64,000 nt of DNA, from positions 10,002-74,001 of the forward strand of contig JAFOTD010000023.1 in assembly GCA_017388175.1 (NCBI GenBank), written 5' to 3'. Origin of the DNA: Clostridia bacterium. GTDB lineage: Bacteria; Bacillota; Clostridia; Christensenellales; CAG-138. The translations under genes were made by a program, and so were the position numbers. Under the pieces are notes generated by a model, which was not told the origin of the DNA, made no database searches, and worked only from the letters and a program-made list of their open reading frames with translations. Within the stretch, counting starts at the first letter, position 1. The number at the start of each line of letters is the position of its first letter. Shown one piece after another: positions 55,148 through 64,000 of the stretch.

Positions 55148-58100
55148 ATGAACACGACGCAGCGACGCATTCTGTCCGTGCTGCTTGCCGTGCTGATGGT
55201 GCTGGTGCTGCTGCCTAGCGTGGCGGCGCCTGCGCGCGCAGACGGCAGCGGAACGGAAGCGGACCCGTACATTGTCACGGCGGATACGACGGCGTTCGAG
55301 GACGGCGGGTACTATCTCGTCAGCAGCGACGTCACGAACGGCAACCGCATCGAGGTGCAGGGCACGGCGGTGCTGATCCTGGGCGAAGGCGCGAAGCTGA
55401 CGGCCCAGAAGGGCATTCAGCTGCCGGGCGGCAAGCAGCTCACGATCAAAGGCTCCGGCGAGCTGATCGCAACAGCTGACGCCAACTATGCGGGCATCGG
55501 CGGCAGCAACGCGACCAACTGCGGCGATCTGATCATTGAAGGCGGCACGATCACCGCAACCGGCGGACAGTACGGCGCGGGCATCGGCGGCGGCGTGCGC
55601 AGCAGTCTCAGAGCCACGGTCACGATCAAGGGCGGTTACGTCACCGCGACCGGCGGCCGGTACGCGGCGGGCATCGGCGGCGGCGCAAATCCGAACTGGG
55701 CGGGCGCGTATTGCAGCTGCGATAACGTCGTGATTACCGGCGGCACGGTCGTTGCAAACGGCAGCACCAACGCGGCGGGCATCGGCGGCGGCGCCGGCGG
55801 CTTCTCGAACAGCGCTGCGGACGCGGGCGATTGCGGCAGCGTCACCATCACGGGCGGTCATGTCACGGCAACCGGCGGTTACTGCGGCATCGGACCGGGC
55901 TGCAACAGCATCAACAGCAGCCATAACGGCACTGCCGGCACGATCACGCTCGGCTGGACGAGTTCATTAGACTATATCCAAGTAAGCCGCTATGTGGGCA
56001 CGGTCACCGTCGTCGACGGGCAGACCCTGACCGACGGAGAGAACGAATACTCCGGCACGCTGACCGACGAGCAGCTTTCCGCGGCGGCGGGCAAGATGCT
56101 GGTCCCGGGCTCCCTTCCGGACGGGTTCTATCTGATCGGACCGGACTGGACCGTCGGCGCGATCAATCCGGCGAATCAGTTTTCGCCGAACCCTGCAAAC
56201 GCAAGCGAATACATGCTGGAAACGACGCTTATGGAGGGCGATCAGATCAAGGTCGTCAAGGTCGCTTCCGGCGCGATCGCCGCATGGTATCCGGACGGAC
56301 TGGATAACCAGTATACGGTGGACGCCGCGCACGCGGGCAGCAAGACGATCTATTTTAAAGAAACGTATAACGGCGACTGGTCCGCGTTCGGCGGATATTT
56401 CTGGATCGATGCGACCCAGAGCCATTCGATCACCATCGCAGACGGCATCGCATACGGCACGGTCGTATCGAATAAGGAAACTGCCAATGCGGGCGAAACC
56501 GTCACGCTGACCGTCACGCCGAAGAGCGGCTACGTGCTGAAATCGCTGTCTGTCATGAACGGCGAAACCGCGATCGAAACGACGGCGGGCGCGAACAATA
56601 CCTATACGTTCACCATGCCGGACGGCGACGTGAGCGTTTCCGCCGTCTTCGAATGGAGCACGGCTTCTTCCGATCATACGATCTTCACCGAATACATCTT
56701 TGAATCCGGCTCCGCCGGCTACGACAACGAAGGTCCGGAAAACCTGATCGACGGGAGCACCTCCACCAAGTGGTGCGCAACCCTCGGCAGCGGTCTTACG
56801 ATCACCTTCCACACGGAGCAGCCCATTCTGCCCCTCGGGTACATCCTGACCACGGCAAACGATACGGCAACCAGCTCCGGAAGAAACCCAACGGACTGGA
56901 CGATCGAAGGAAGACTGAACGAAACCGATGAATGGACGACGCTGGTCGCGATGACGGGCAACTACTCCCTCCCCGCCGCCAACTTCACCGACACGGAGTT
57001 CGTCCTGAGCACCATGAAAACGTGCAAATACTTCCGTGTCACGTTCAGCAAGCTCAAGGAAGGAACGACCTTCCAGCTGTCCGAGTTCCGGTTCTTCGGC
57101 GAATACGACGCGGTTGTTCGGATCACGCAATGCGCGCCGACCTGTATTTCCGTAGGCTATGCGCAGGATTGCTGGTACAGCTACGCGGACGACGCCTACT
57201 ATGCCGACGAGGACTGCACGCAGCCGTTGAACCGCGCCGACGTGGAGATTCCGGCGACCGGCATCCATACGCTCGAGGAGCATCCCGAGACCGCGCCGGT
57301 CGGCAACACGCCCGGCAACATCCGTTTCTGGAAGTGCATCCACTGCCATAAGTGCTTCACCGACAGCGAAGCGGCCAACGAGATCCCCGAAAGCGATACG
57401 ATCGTTTACGGCGCGATCAGCTATCTGGACGAGACCGGAACGGAGAAGCAGACCGAAGGCGCATTTACCATCGTCACCGCGGACAGCCTCGTTTGGACGG
57501 AAGGCTGGTGGGTGGTTACGGAAAATGTGACCATCAACGGAAGACCGGAAGTGCTCGGCGAAGTGCACCTGATCCTGTGCGACGACGTGACGCTGACCGC
57601 GACCAACGGCGTCTCGGTCACAAAGTCAGCCAACAAACTCACCGTCTATTCCCAGTCGCTCGGCGAGCACATGGGCGCGCTGATTGCAGGCACGGCAGAG
57701 AGCAGATATGCGGGCATCGGCGGCACGAGAACCGGCACCGACACCTCCACCGGAGGCAACGGTCCCATCACCATCAACGGCGGTAAAATCACCGCAGCGG
57801 GCGGCTACGAAGGATCCGGTATCGGTGCCGGCGATAACGCAAGCAACTGCGCCCTTATTACGATCAATAACGGCTCAGTCACCGCAACCGGCGGTCAGTA
57901 TGCAGCGGGCATCGGCGGCGGCGGCGGGCCTTACGGCACCAGTGAGCTCGTCAATATTACCATCAACGGCGGCATCGTCGTCGCGACAGGCGGCAGCGGC
58001 GGCGCAGGCATCGGCGGCGGCATGGACGGCAATGTCGGCAGCATCACCATTACCGGTGGCAAAATCACGGCAAACGGCGGCTCCAAGGCGGCAGCCATCG

Positions 58101-61100
58101 GCGGCGGCAAAGTGCTCAACCATGCGGGCCACGGCGGCAGCATCACGATCTCCGGCGGCAACGTCACGGCGGTCGCAGCCTCCGACGGCGTCGGCATCGG
58201 CAACGCGCCGGAGATCAACGATACCAGCAGGGCAACCAATATTGTGCTGAGCTGGACGAACGAGACCGACTCCGTTACGAGCACGTCCTATGCCTATGAC
58301 AGTCTCACGTTTGAGAAGGACTTCAAAGTCCAGGGGTCGGATCCGGCAGAGCTTGCCTCGGAATCCAATATCGCGGGCAAGACCATCGTTCCTCTCGCCG
58401 GCGGACTCGTCACGGTCACCTTCCTCTATGAGCAGGGCGGAACCGACGTGTTTGACGAGATCAACGCCATTCCGGGCGGCATAGCGGAGGATCCCGGCGC
58501 GCCGATGAAGCTCGACTATGTGTTCGACGGCTGGTACCGCATGAACGGCGAAAGCGTCGAGGCGTTTGTCCCCGGCACGACCGTCGTGAACGAAGATACG
58601 ACCGTTTTCGCGCAGTGGACCTCCACCGTCGGGCAGACGGTAACGTATCTGGACGCAGAGGGCATCGCGCAATCCAAGGACAGCGGATACACCGTTCTGA
58701 ATACCGGAAGGACCGCACTGACCCTCTCCGCGGGCTGGTATGTGGTGAAGCATGACGTCACTCTGAACGGCCGCGCGACGATCTCCGGCGACGTGCACCT
58801 GATCCTCGCAAACGGTGTGACGCTGAACGCGCCGGAGGGCATTCAGGTCAGCACCGGCAACAGCCTTTCGATCTACCAGAACGCTGTTCAGAACGAAGGA
58901 GAAACCGTCGGCGCTCTCATCTCAAGCGCCCCCACCAATGCGGCGGGCATCGGCGGGTACGGTTCCGGGTACAACGACCACGGCGACGCAGGTCTGATCA
59001 CGATCAACGGCGGCAGCATCACGGCAGGCGCAGGCAGAAACGCCGCAGCCATCGGCGGCGGCTCCTACGGAAGCGGCACCGTCGTCGTGAACCGCGGCAC
59101 CGTCAACGCCACCGGCTCCAACAACGGTGCGGGCGTCGGCGGCGGCTACTACGGCAACGGCACGGTCACCGTCAACGGCGGCACGGTCGTCGCAACGTCC
59201 GGCTATAACGCCGCAGCCATCGGCGGCGGCGGCGACGGAGACGGCACGGTCACCATCAACGGCGGCACCGTCAATGCAACCGGCGGCAGCTATGCAGCGG
59301 GCATCGGCGCCGGCGATTACTCCTCGGCAGAGATCACCATTACCGGCGGTAACGTTACGGCGCAAGGCGGCTATGGCGGCGCAGGCATCGGAAACGGCTA
59401 TTCTTCCACCTCCAGCAGCTATACCGTGAATATCACGATCACCGGCGGCACGGTCAACGCAACCGGCGGTCAGTTCGGCGCGGGCATCGGCAGCGGGGTA
59501 TACGCCGACGCAAGCAAGATCACGATTTCCGGCGGCGTCGTGACTGCCACCGGCGGTCAGTATGCCGCGGCGATCGGCGGCGCAGCCAACTCCGGCGGCA
59601 CAACGAGCGAAAAAGGCAACTGCGGCACGCTCGTGATCTCCGGCGGTCAGGTCACCGCAAACGCCGGCGCGAGCGGCGTCGGTATCGGCAACAGCGTGTA
59701 CTGCACCACCTCGGGCACGATCGAACTCGGCTGGACGAACGCGACCGACAGCATCACCGCAACGAACTACAAAGGTCCGGTCACCGTCACCTACGGCAAG
59801 TCGCTGGTCGACGGCGAGAACAAGTACTATGGCACGCTGACCGACGAGCAGATCGCCGCCGCGGCGGGCAAAACGCTGACGCCGGGCGAAAACCCGCCCG
59901 TTCCCCATGCCGTTGTGATCGCGGACGACATCGAACACGGCGCGGTCTCTTCGGACAAGGAAGAAGCATATGCGGATGACACGGTCACGCTGACGGTCAC
60001 ACCGGATGAGACCTACAAGCTCATGACGCTCACGGTCACCGGCGAGGACGGCGAGATCGAAACGACGGCGGGCGAAAACAACACCTATACGTTCTCCATG
60101 CCGAACTGCGAAGTTACCGTGACGGCGGAATTTGAGCTCGACTGGGAGCAGATCCCGGACGCGAGCTTCACTCTGGCGCCCGAGGCGTTCACGCTCGACA
60201 GCTTTGACGGCGAGGGCTACATGGCGCTTTCGATCTATGCCGATACGCTGACGCTCGGAAAGCTCAGCGAGGGCGGTCAGTATTATCAAGCGGAAACCCT
60301 CCACGTTGAATATTACGCGGGCACGCTGAAGAACGGAGACAACGAGATCCCCTTCAAGGTGTATCGCGACGACCATGCCGGCAACGGCGACAGCCACGGC
60401 TGCAATTATGATGAAGCAGGGAATCTCGGCGATATCGCGATCTTTGTCGATCCTGCCGCGTACGACGCCGCTCCGAACGGCGTCTATGCCGGCACACTGG
60501 ATTATACAACAAGCTGGTTGGATGCGGGAGGTTTCATTGCGAACGGACCTTCCGGCTCCATCGCGCTGACGCTGAACGTTGTGACCCGGTATAACGTCAA
60601 CATCGACGGGAACATCGAAAACGGCACGGTCACCGCGAGCAAGACGAAGGCGGCGGCGGGCGAGACCGTCATACTCTCTTGTAGCGCAAACGCCCCCTAC
60701 TCGCTGGACACGATCACGGTCATGGCGGGCGAAACGCCTGTCGAACTGACGCAGACCGGCAGCCAATACTCCTTCGTGATGCCGGAGAGCGACGTCACGG
60801 TAAGTGCGACGTTCATCGAATCGTATCCGGTCTTCGTCAGCGGGACGCAGATCACCGGGACGAACAAGACCGACGTGCTCGGCGACGGCAACGTCCGCTT
60901 CGATCCCGAAACGAGCACGCTCACGGTGCTCTCGACCGCGGGCTTCGATCCCTCGTATTCCGGCGCTCTGATCGAAACGAACATTGATCTCACGGTTGAA
61001 TCGCCGAACGGTCCGCTGACGCTGAACAAGACCACCGGCGGCGCCGCCGTCAATGCGTACGGCGCAAACCTCACCGTCAACGGCAACGTCGTGCTGAACG

Positions 61101-63790
61101 TTCCGAACGGCAGCGGCTTCTACGTCACGAGCACGCTCACGATCAACGGCGACCTGTCCGGCACCGTCGCAAATGACTGCGCGGTCGGCATCAACGGGCT
61201 TACGGTCAAGTCGGTCGATCTCAATAAGACCTCCTCCGGCTCGTACGGGCTCACGTCCTACAGCGGCTCCGTCACGGTCAACGGCGACTGCACGATCACC
61301 GGCAGCGCGAGCTACGCGGTCTATGCGATCCGCGGCTTCAACTGCACCGGCGACGTCTCAATCACGAACGAGAGCTCCGCGGGTATCTTCTGCCCGGCGG
61401 GCGATATCGCGATCGGCGGCGCGCTCTCGATCGACGCGGTCGGCAAAGGAATCGATTACAGCACATACTCGAGCGGCGGTTTCTACTACATCACGATCGG
61501 CGGCGACGCTTCGATCACCACGGCGAACGGCGACGGCATCTGGGCGCCGGAAGCGAAGCTCACCGTGAACGGCGATCTCACCGTGGACGCCGGCGGATAC
61601 GCCGTAACGGCAGGCAAGGGGCTTGACGTCAAAGGTGACGCGGACCTTACCGCAGGCAACGGCACCGCGCTGACCTGCTACAGCGGACCGATCGACATTG
61701 CCGGAAAACTCACGGCAAGCGCTTCTTCGACCTGCGTGAACGCGTACGGCGGCGCAATGACCGTCGGCGGCGCAGTCAACGTTGAGGGCGGCGGCAGCGG
61801 CCTGTACGTCACGAGCGGCGCGATCAGCATCGGCGGCAACACCGAGATCAAGGCGGAGAGTTCGGGCATCTTCTGTCCGGGCGGCTCCCTCGTCATCGAC
61901 GGCACGCTCACGATAGAAGCAGGCGGCCACGGCGTCGAGGTCCACGGCACCGGCAGCACGATCTCGGTCAACGGCGACGCGTCAATCACGCTGACGTCGT
62001 CCTCGTACTCGCCGTATGCGCTCTACTGCACCGAGACCGGCGGCGTGGAGATCAAGGGCGATCTGACGGTCGAAGGCGGCAGCGTCTATTCGATCTACTA
62101 CGTCCACGTCACCGGCGATACGTCCATTGAGAACATGAACGGATCCGGTATCTTCACGCCGAACGGCAGGATCCTTTTGGACGGCGACGTCGAGATCGCA
62201 TCGGACTATACCGCGATCAGTTTCGGTGAAACCGTGATCGGCGGCGACGCGTATATTGTCTGTTTCGACGAAGAAGCCATTGATCTGGCGAAGGTTTCCG
62301 ACGTTCCCTGTTCGCTGACCGTCGAAGGCGTTCTCGACGTGTCCGCGCCGTATGCGGACTGCGCCGTCAGCGTCCTCGGCGACGTAACGGTCGGCGGCGA
62401 TCTCATAATCAGAGACGCCGTGACCGGTCTCTATACGGAGGGGGCCGTCAACGTCGGCGGCAACGCAGAGATCCTTCTCGGCGCCGGACCGGTTCTCCGC
62501 TCCGGTGCGGACGATCTGCCTCCGACGGGCATCGCCGCAATTGGCGACGTTACGATCGTCGGCAACGTCCTGATTGCCGTAAACGAAGAATCGGATAATC
62601 CGATCGTCTCGTCCGTGGAGAAAGCACAGTCCCTGCTCGGCGTCAATGAAACAGTCAAGGAGACCGATCCGGATGGCGCTCTGTACTTCGGCGTCATTTC
62701 GCAGGGCAAGATCCATGTTGTAGACGGCGATTGGGACGTCACGGCAACGTGGCCGCTGCTTGCAGCGGGCGGGATCGAGATCCCCGCTTCCCATACGATC
62801 ATCCTCCCGGAGAACGGTACGGTCGGCATCATGGAAGAGCTCGATATGAGCGACGACTATTACGGCGTCGCCGATCCGGAGGATCCTTCGGAACACGTGT
62901 ACGAGGTCGTCATCGTGAAAACGGCGATCACATTCGAGGGCACGGTCGAATGGAACGCCGCGGACGTCAAGTTCAAGGGCACGACCCCGTACGTGATCGC
63001 GAACGGCAAGGCGCAGACGCCGCGGTTCACCGTCAAGTACAAGGACGGCACCGTGATCGATCCGTCGAACTACGACTATGAATACCGCGAGAACAAACAG
63101 GCGGGCACCGGCTATCTGTTCCTGACCTTCAAGAACCTGTACTGCGGCACGGCGCGCGCATCGTTCAAGATCTACCTGCCGGCGACGACCGGAACGACGG
63201 TCGAAAACGTCGCAAACGGCATCAAGATCTCGTGGGAGCCGGTCGAAGGCGCCGCGGGCTACGTCATCTACCGCCGCGCATGGAACCTTGTCGACGACGG
63301 CTGGACGACGTTCGAACGCTGGAACAACACGACGGCGCTCACCTGGACGGATACGACGGTTTACGCGGGCACGCGCTATCAGTACGGCATCAAGGCGTAC
63401 TTCGCGCGGCGCGCGGACGCGGTGACCGGCGCGATGATCGGCGGCAACGTCGGCGACAACTTCAACCTCGGCGAAGTCGGTCCGCTCAAGACGACCGTAC
63501 GCATCACGACCCGCACGCTGAACAGCGTCACAGCGGGCACGAAGCAGATGACCGTCAAGTGGGGCGCAAGCTCGGTGTTTACCGGCTACCAGATCAAGTA
63601 CGCGACGGACGCGAAGTTCACGAAGAACGTCAAGGTCGTGAAGATCACGAACCCGAAGACGGCGCAGACCGTGATCAAGAGCCTGAAGACCGGCACGACG
63701 TATTACGTCACGGTGCGCTCGTATCACGTGTTCGCCGGCATGACCTACTTCGGTCAGTGGTCGAACGTCAAGAGCTGCAAAGTCAAATAA
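55148..63790 (+). CDS. 2,880-aa secreted multi-domain beta-solenoid surface protein (Gly-rich AGIGGG rungs, InlB-B-type repeats, F5/8 type C domain, C-terminal Ig/FN3 module)
   Basis: SD AGGAGG precedes ATG 55148. Signal peptide MNTTQRRILSVLLAVLMVLVLLPSVAAPARA. About 20 rungs of I(T/N)GG.(V/I)TA.GG..(A/G)AGIGGG in three paralogous modules. Listeria-Bacteroides repeat (...LDYVFDGWYRMNG..., ~58405-58620). Discoidin-like domain (~56650-57105). Second irregular solenoid (~60820-62700). Uniform high GC3 coding bias across 8.6 kb. Confidence 0.9.
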   Translation: MNTTQRRILSVLLAVLMVLVLLPSVAAPARADGSGTEADPYIVTADTTAFEDGGYYLVSSDVTNGNRIEVQGTAVLILGEGAKLTAQKGIQLPGGKQLTIKGSGELIATADANYAGIGGSNATNCGDLIIEGGTITATGGQYGAGIGGGVRSSLRATVTIKGGYVTATGGRYAAGIGGGANPNWAGAYCSCDNVVITGGTVVANGSTNAAGIGGGAGGFSNSAADAGDCGSVTITGGHVTATGGYCGIGPGCNSINSSHNGTAGTITLGWTSSLDYIQVSRYVGTVTVVDGQTLTDGENEYSGTLTDEQLSAAAGKMLVPGSLPDGFYLIGPDWTVGAINPANQFSPNPANASEYMLETTLMEGDQIKVVKVASGAIAAWYPDGLDNQYTVDAAHAGSKTIYFKETYNGDWSAFGGYFWIDATQSHSITIADGIAYGTVVSNKETANAGETVTLTVTPKSGYVLKSLSVMNGETAIETTAGANNTYTFTMPDGDVSVSAVFEWSTASSDHTIFTEYIFESGSAGYDNEGPENLIDGSTSTKWCATLGSGLTITFHTEQPILPLGYILTTANDTATSSGRNPTDWTIEGRLNETDEWTTLVAMTGNYSLPAANFTDTEFVLSTMKTCKYFRVTFSKLKEGTTFQLSEFRFFGEYDAVVRITQCAPTCISVGYAQDCWYSYADDAYYADEDCTQPLNRADVEIPATGIHTLEEHPETAPVGNTPGNIRFWKCIHCHKCFTDSEAANEIPESDTIVYGAISYLDETGTEKQTEGAFTIVTADSLVWTEGWWVVTENVTINGRPEVLGEVHLILCDDVTLTATNGVSVTKSANKLTVYSQSLGEHMGALIAGTAESRYAGIGGTRTGTDTSTGGNGPITINGGKITAAGGYEGSGIGAGDNASNCALITINNGSVTATGGQYAAGIGGGGGPYGTSELVNITINGGIVVATGGSGGAGIGGGMDGNVGSITITGGKITANGGSKAAAIGGGKVLNHAGHGGSITISGGNVTAVAASDGVGIGNAPEINDTSRATNIVLSWTNETDSVTSTSYAYDSLTFEKDFKVQGSDPAELASESNIAGKTIVPLAGGLVTVTFLYEQGGTDVFDEINAIPGGIAEDPGAPMKLDYVFDGWYRMNGESVEAFVPGTTVVNEDTTVFAQWTSTVGQTVTYLDAEGIAQSKDSGYTVLNTGRTALTLSAGWYVVKHDVTLNGRATISGDVHLILANGVTLNAPEGIQVSTGNSLSIYQNAVQNEGETVGALISSAPTNAAGIGGYGSGYNDHGDAGLITINGGSITAGAGRNAAAIGGGSYGSGTVVVNRGTVNATGSNNGAGVGGGYYGNGTVTVNGGTVVATSGYNAAAIGGGGDGDGTVTINGGTVNATGGSYAAGIGAGDYSSAEITITGGNVTAQGGYGGAGIGNGYSSTSSSYTVNITITGGTVNATGGQFGAGIGSGVYADASKITISGGVVTATGGQYAAAIGGAANSGGTTSEKGNCGTLVISGGQVTANAGASGVGIGNSVYCTTSGTIELGWTNATDSITATNYKGPVTVTYGKSLVDGENKYYGTLTDEQIAAAAGKTLTPGENPPVPHAVVIADDIEHGAVSSDKEEAYADDTVTLTVTPDETYKLMTLTVTGEDGEIETTAGENNTYTFSMPNCEVTVTAEFELDWEQIPDASFTLAPEAFTLDSFDGEGYMALSIYADTLTLGKLSEGGQYYQAETLHVEYYAGTLKNGDNEIPFKVYRDDHAGNGDSHGCNYDEAGNLGDIAIFVDPAAYDAAPNGVYAGTLDYTTSWLDAGGFIANGPSGSIALTLNVVTRYNVNIDGNIENGTVTASKTKAAAGETVILSCSANAPYSLDTITVMAGETPVELTQTGSQYSFVMPESDVTVSATFIESYPVFVSGTQITGTNKTDVLGDGNVRFDPETSTLTVLSTAGFDPSYSGALIETNIDLTVESPNGPLTLNKTTGGAAVNAYGANLTVNGNVVLNVPNGSGFYVTSTLTINGDLSGTVANDCAVGINGLTVKSVDLNKTSSGSYGLTSYSGSVTVNGDCTITGSASYAVYAIRGFNCTGDVSITNESSAGIFCPAGDIAIGGALSIDAVGKGIDYSTYSSGGFYYITIGGDASITTANGDGIWAPEAKLTVNGDLTVDAGGYAVTAGKGLDVKGDADLTAGNGTALTCYSGPIDIAGKLTASASSTCVNAYGGAMTVGGAVNVEGGGSGLYVTSGAISIGGNTEIKAESSGIFCPGGSLVIDGTLTIEAGGHGVEVHGTGSTISVNGDASITLTSSSYSPYALYCTETGGVEIKGDLTVEGGSVYSIYYVHVTGDTSIENMNGSGIFTPNGRILLDGDVEIASDYTAISFGETVIGGDAYIVCFDEEAIDLAKVSDVPCSLTVEGVLDVSAPYADCAVSVLGDVTVGGDLIIRDAVTGLYTEGAVNVGGNAEILLGAGPVLRSGADDLPPTGIAAIGDVTIVGNVLIAVNEESDNPIVSSVEKAQSLLGVNETVKETDPDGALYFGVISQGKIHVVDGDWDVTATWPLLAAGGIEIPASHTIILPENGTVGIMEELDMSDDYYGVADPEDPSEHVYEVVIVKTAITFEGTVEWNAADVKFKGTTPYVIANGKAQTPRFTVKYKDGTVIDPSNYDYEYRENKQAGTGYLFLTFKNLYCGTARASFKIYLPATTGTTVENVANGIKISWEPVEGAAGYVIYRRAWNLVDDGWTTFERWNNTTALTWTDTTVYAGTRYQYGIKAYFARRADAVTGAMIGGNVGDNFNLGEVGPLKTTVRITTRTLNSVTAGTKQMTVKWGASSVFTGYQIKYATDAKFTKNVKVVKITNPKTAQTVIKSLKTGTTYYVTVRSYHVFAGMTYFGQWSNVKSCKVK

Positions 63791-63805
63791 ACAAGCTAAA
63801 ATGCA

Positions 63806-63941
63806 GGGGCTGTTAAAATAGTCCCAATAAAAAAAAGCAAGACTCTCGGGAAAAGCCCCCGGGAGTCTTTGCTATGTGGTATCATATTTGTGTGAAGTAT
63901 AATAAACAACCGCAACGCAATTATAATGTAAAGCAAGGAAG
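63806..63941 (+). repeat. Intergenic module R1, copy b
   Basis: See 48219-48350; begins 16 nt after the giant-gene stop. Confidence 0.85.
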
Positions 63942-64000
63942 ATTACCGGTGTTTTTTGCAGATATGTTGAATATCTGCGATCCGGTATCGGCATTTGACG
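63874..64000 (+). CDS. Possible 5' end of a gene running off the window (start ATG 63874 or GTG 63949)
   Basis: The open frame MWYHICVKYNKQPQRNYNVKQGRLPVFFADMLNICDPVSAFD continues to the window edge. AAGGAAG lies 7 nt before GTG 63949. Too little sequence to judge. Confidence 0.25.
   Translation, partial: MWYHICVKYNKQPQRNYNVKQGRLPVFFADMLNICDPVSAFD

Noticed and set aside
55967-63727. Very long minus-strand ORFs antisense to the giant gene (55967-57568, 58922-60766, 61982-63727), and similar antisense or overlapping ORFs across the window (e.g. 84-1277 +, 5128-6567 +, 10558-12033 +, 26743-27999 +, 38434-39372 +)
   Set aside because: Their translations are Arg/Ala/Asp/Gly-rich low-complexity strings with no motifs. 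They lie opposite genes with clear homology and strong GC3 bias. Open antisense frames of this kind are expected in ~60% GC DNA because stop codons are rare.

Overview
GC-rich (roughly 60% by eye, strong G/C third-position bias) chromosomal segment of an endospore-forming Clostridia-type Firmicute; the taxon is an inference from gene content (cotJABC, ylmC/ymxH, SpoIID-like, cdaA-cdaR, mreCD). I see about 50 protein genes and no rRNA, tRNA, CRISPR array, transposase or integrase. Positions 1-34.6 kb form one unbroken minus-strand block of housekeeping and cell-envelope genes: recF-remB-gyrB, typA, cdaA-cdaR, an ABC exporter, yhbY-obg-nth-trxB, a MoxR-DUF58-transglutaminase operon, glgP, and an NlpC/P60 peptidase followed by mrdA-mreD-mreC. 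rarA is the only plus-strand gene in this stretch. The right-hand part is patchier. It holds a putative selenium/molybdenum hydroxylase trio (ssnA-ygfK-xdhD-like), several AT-rich intergenic islands with unusual repeat structure, a 3'-truncated cotJC, and an 8.6-kb gene for a 2,880-aa secreted beta-solenoid protein. Points most worth follow-up: (1) an array of about 11 head-to-tail 19-21 bp repeats between the divergent ssnA and thrC-like promoters; (2) a TIR-bounded, hairpin-rich MITE-like element inserted between ssnA and ygfK; (3) a cohesin-like protein that shares a ~300-aa C-terminal Ig/FN3 module with the giant protein, together with a dockerin-bearing SpoIID/SH3b enzyme 40 kb away, which could be a non-cellulosomal cohesin-dockerin display system; (4) duplicated ~130-bp and ~40-bp intergenic modules flanking those two genes, next to the cotJC truncation point. 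All domain calls come from reading motifs by eye; no database search was possible. Coordinates of non-ORF features may be off by 1-2 nt.
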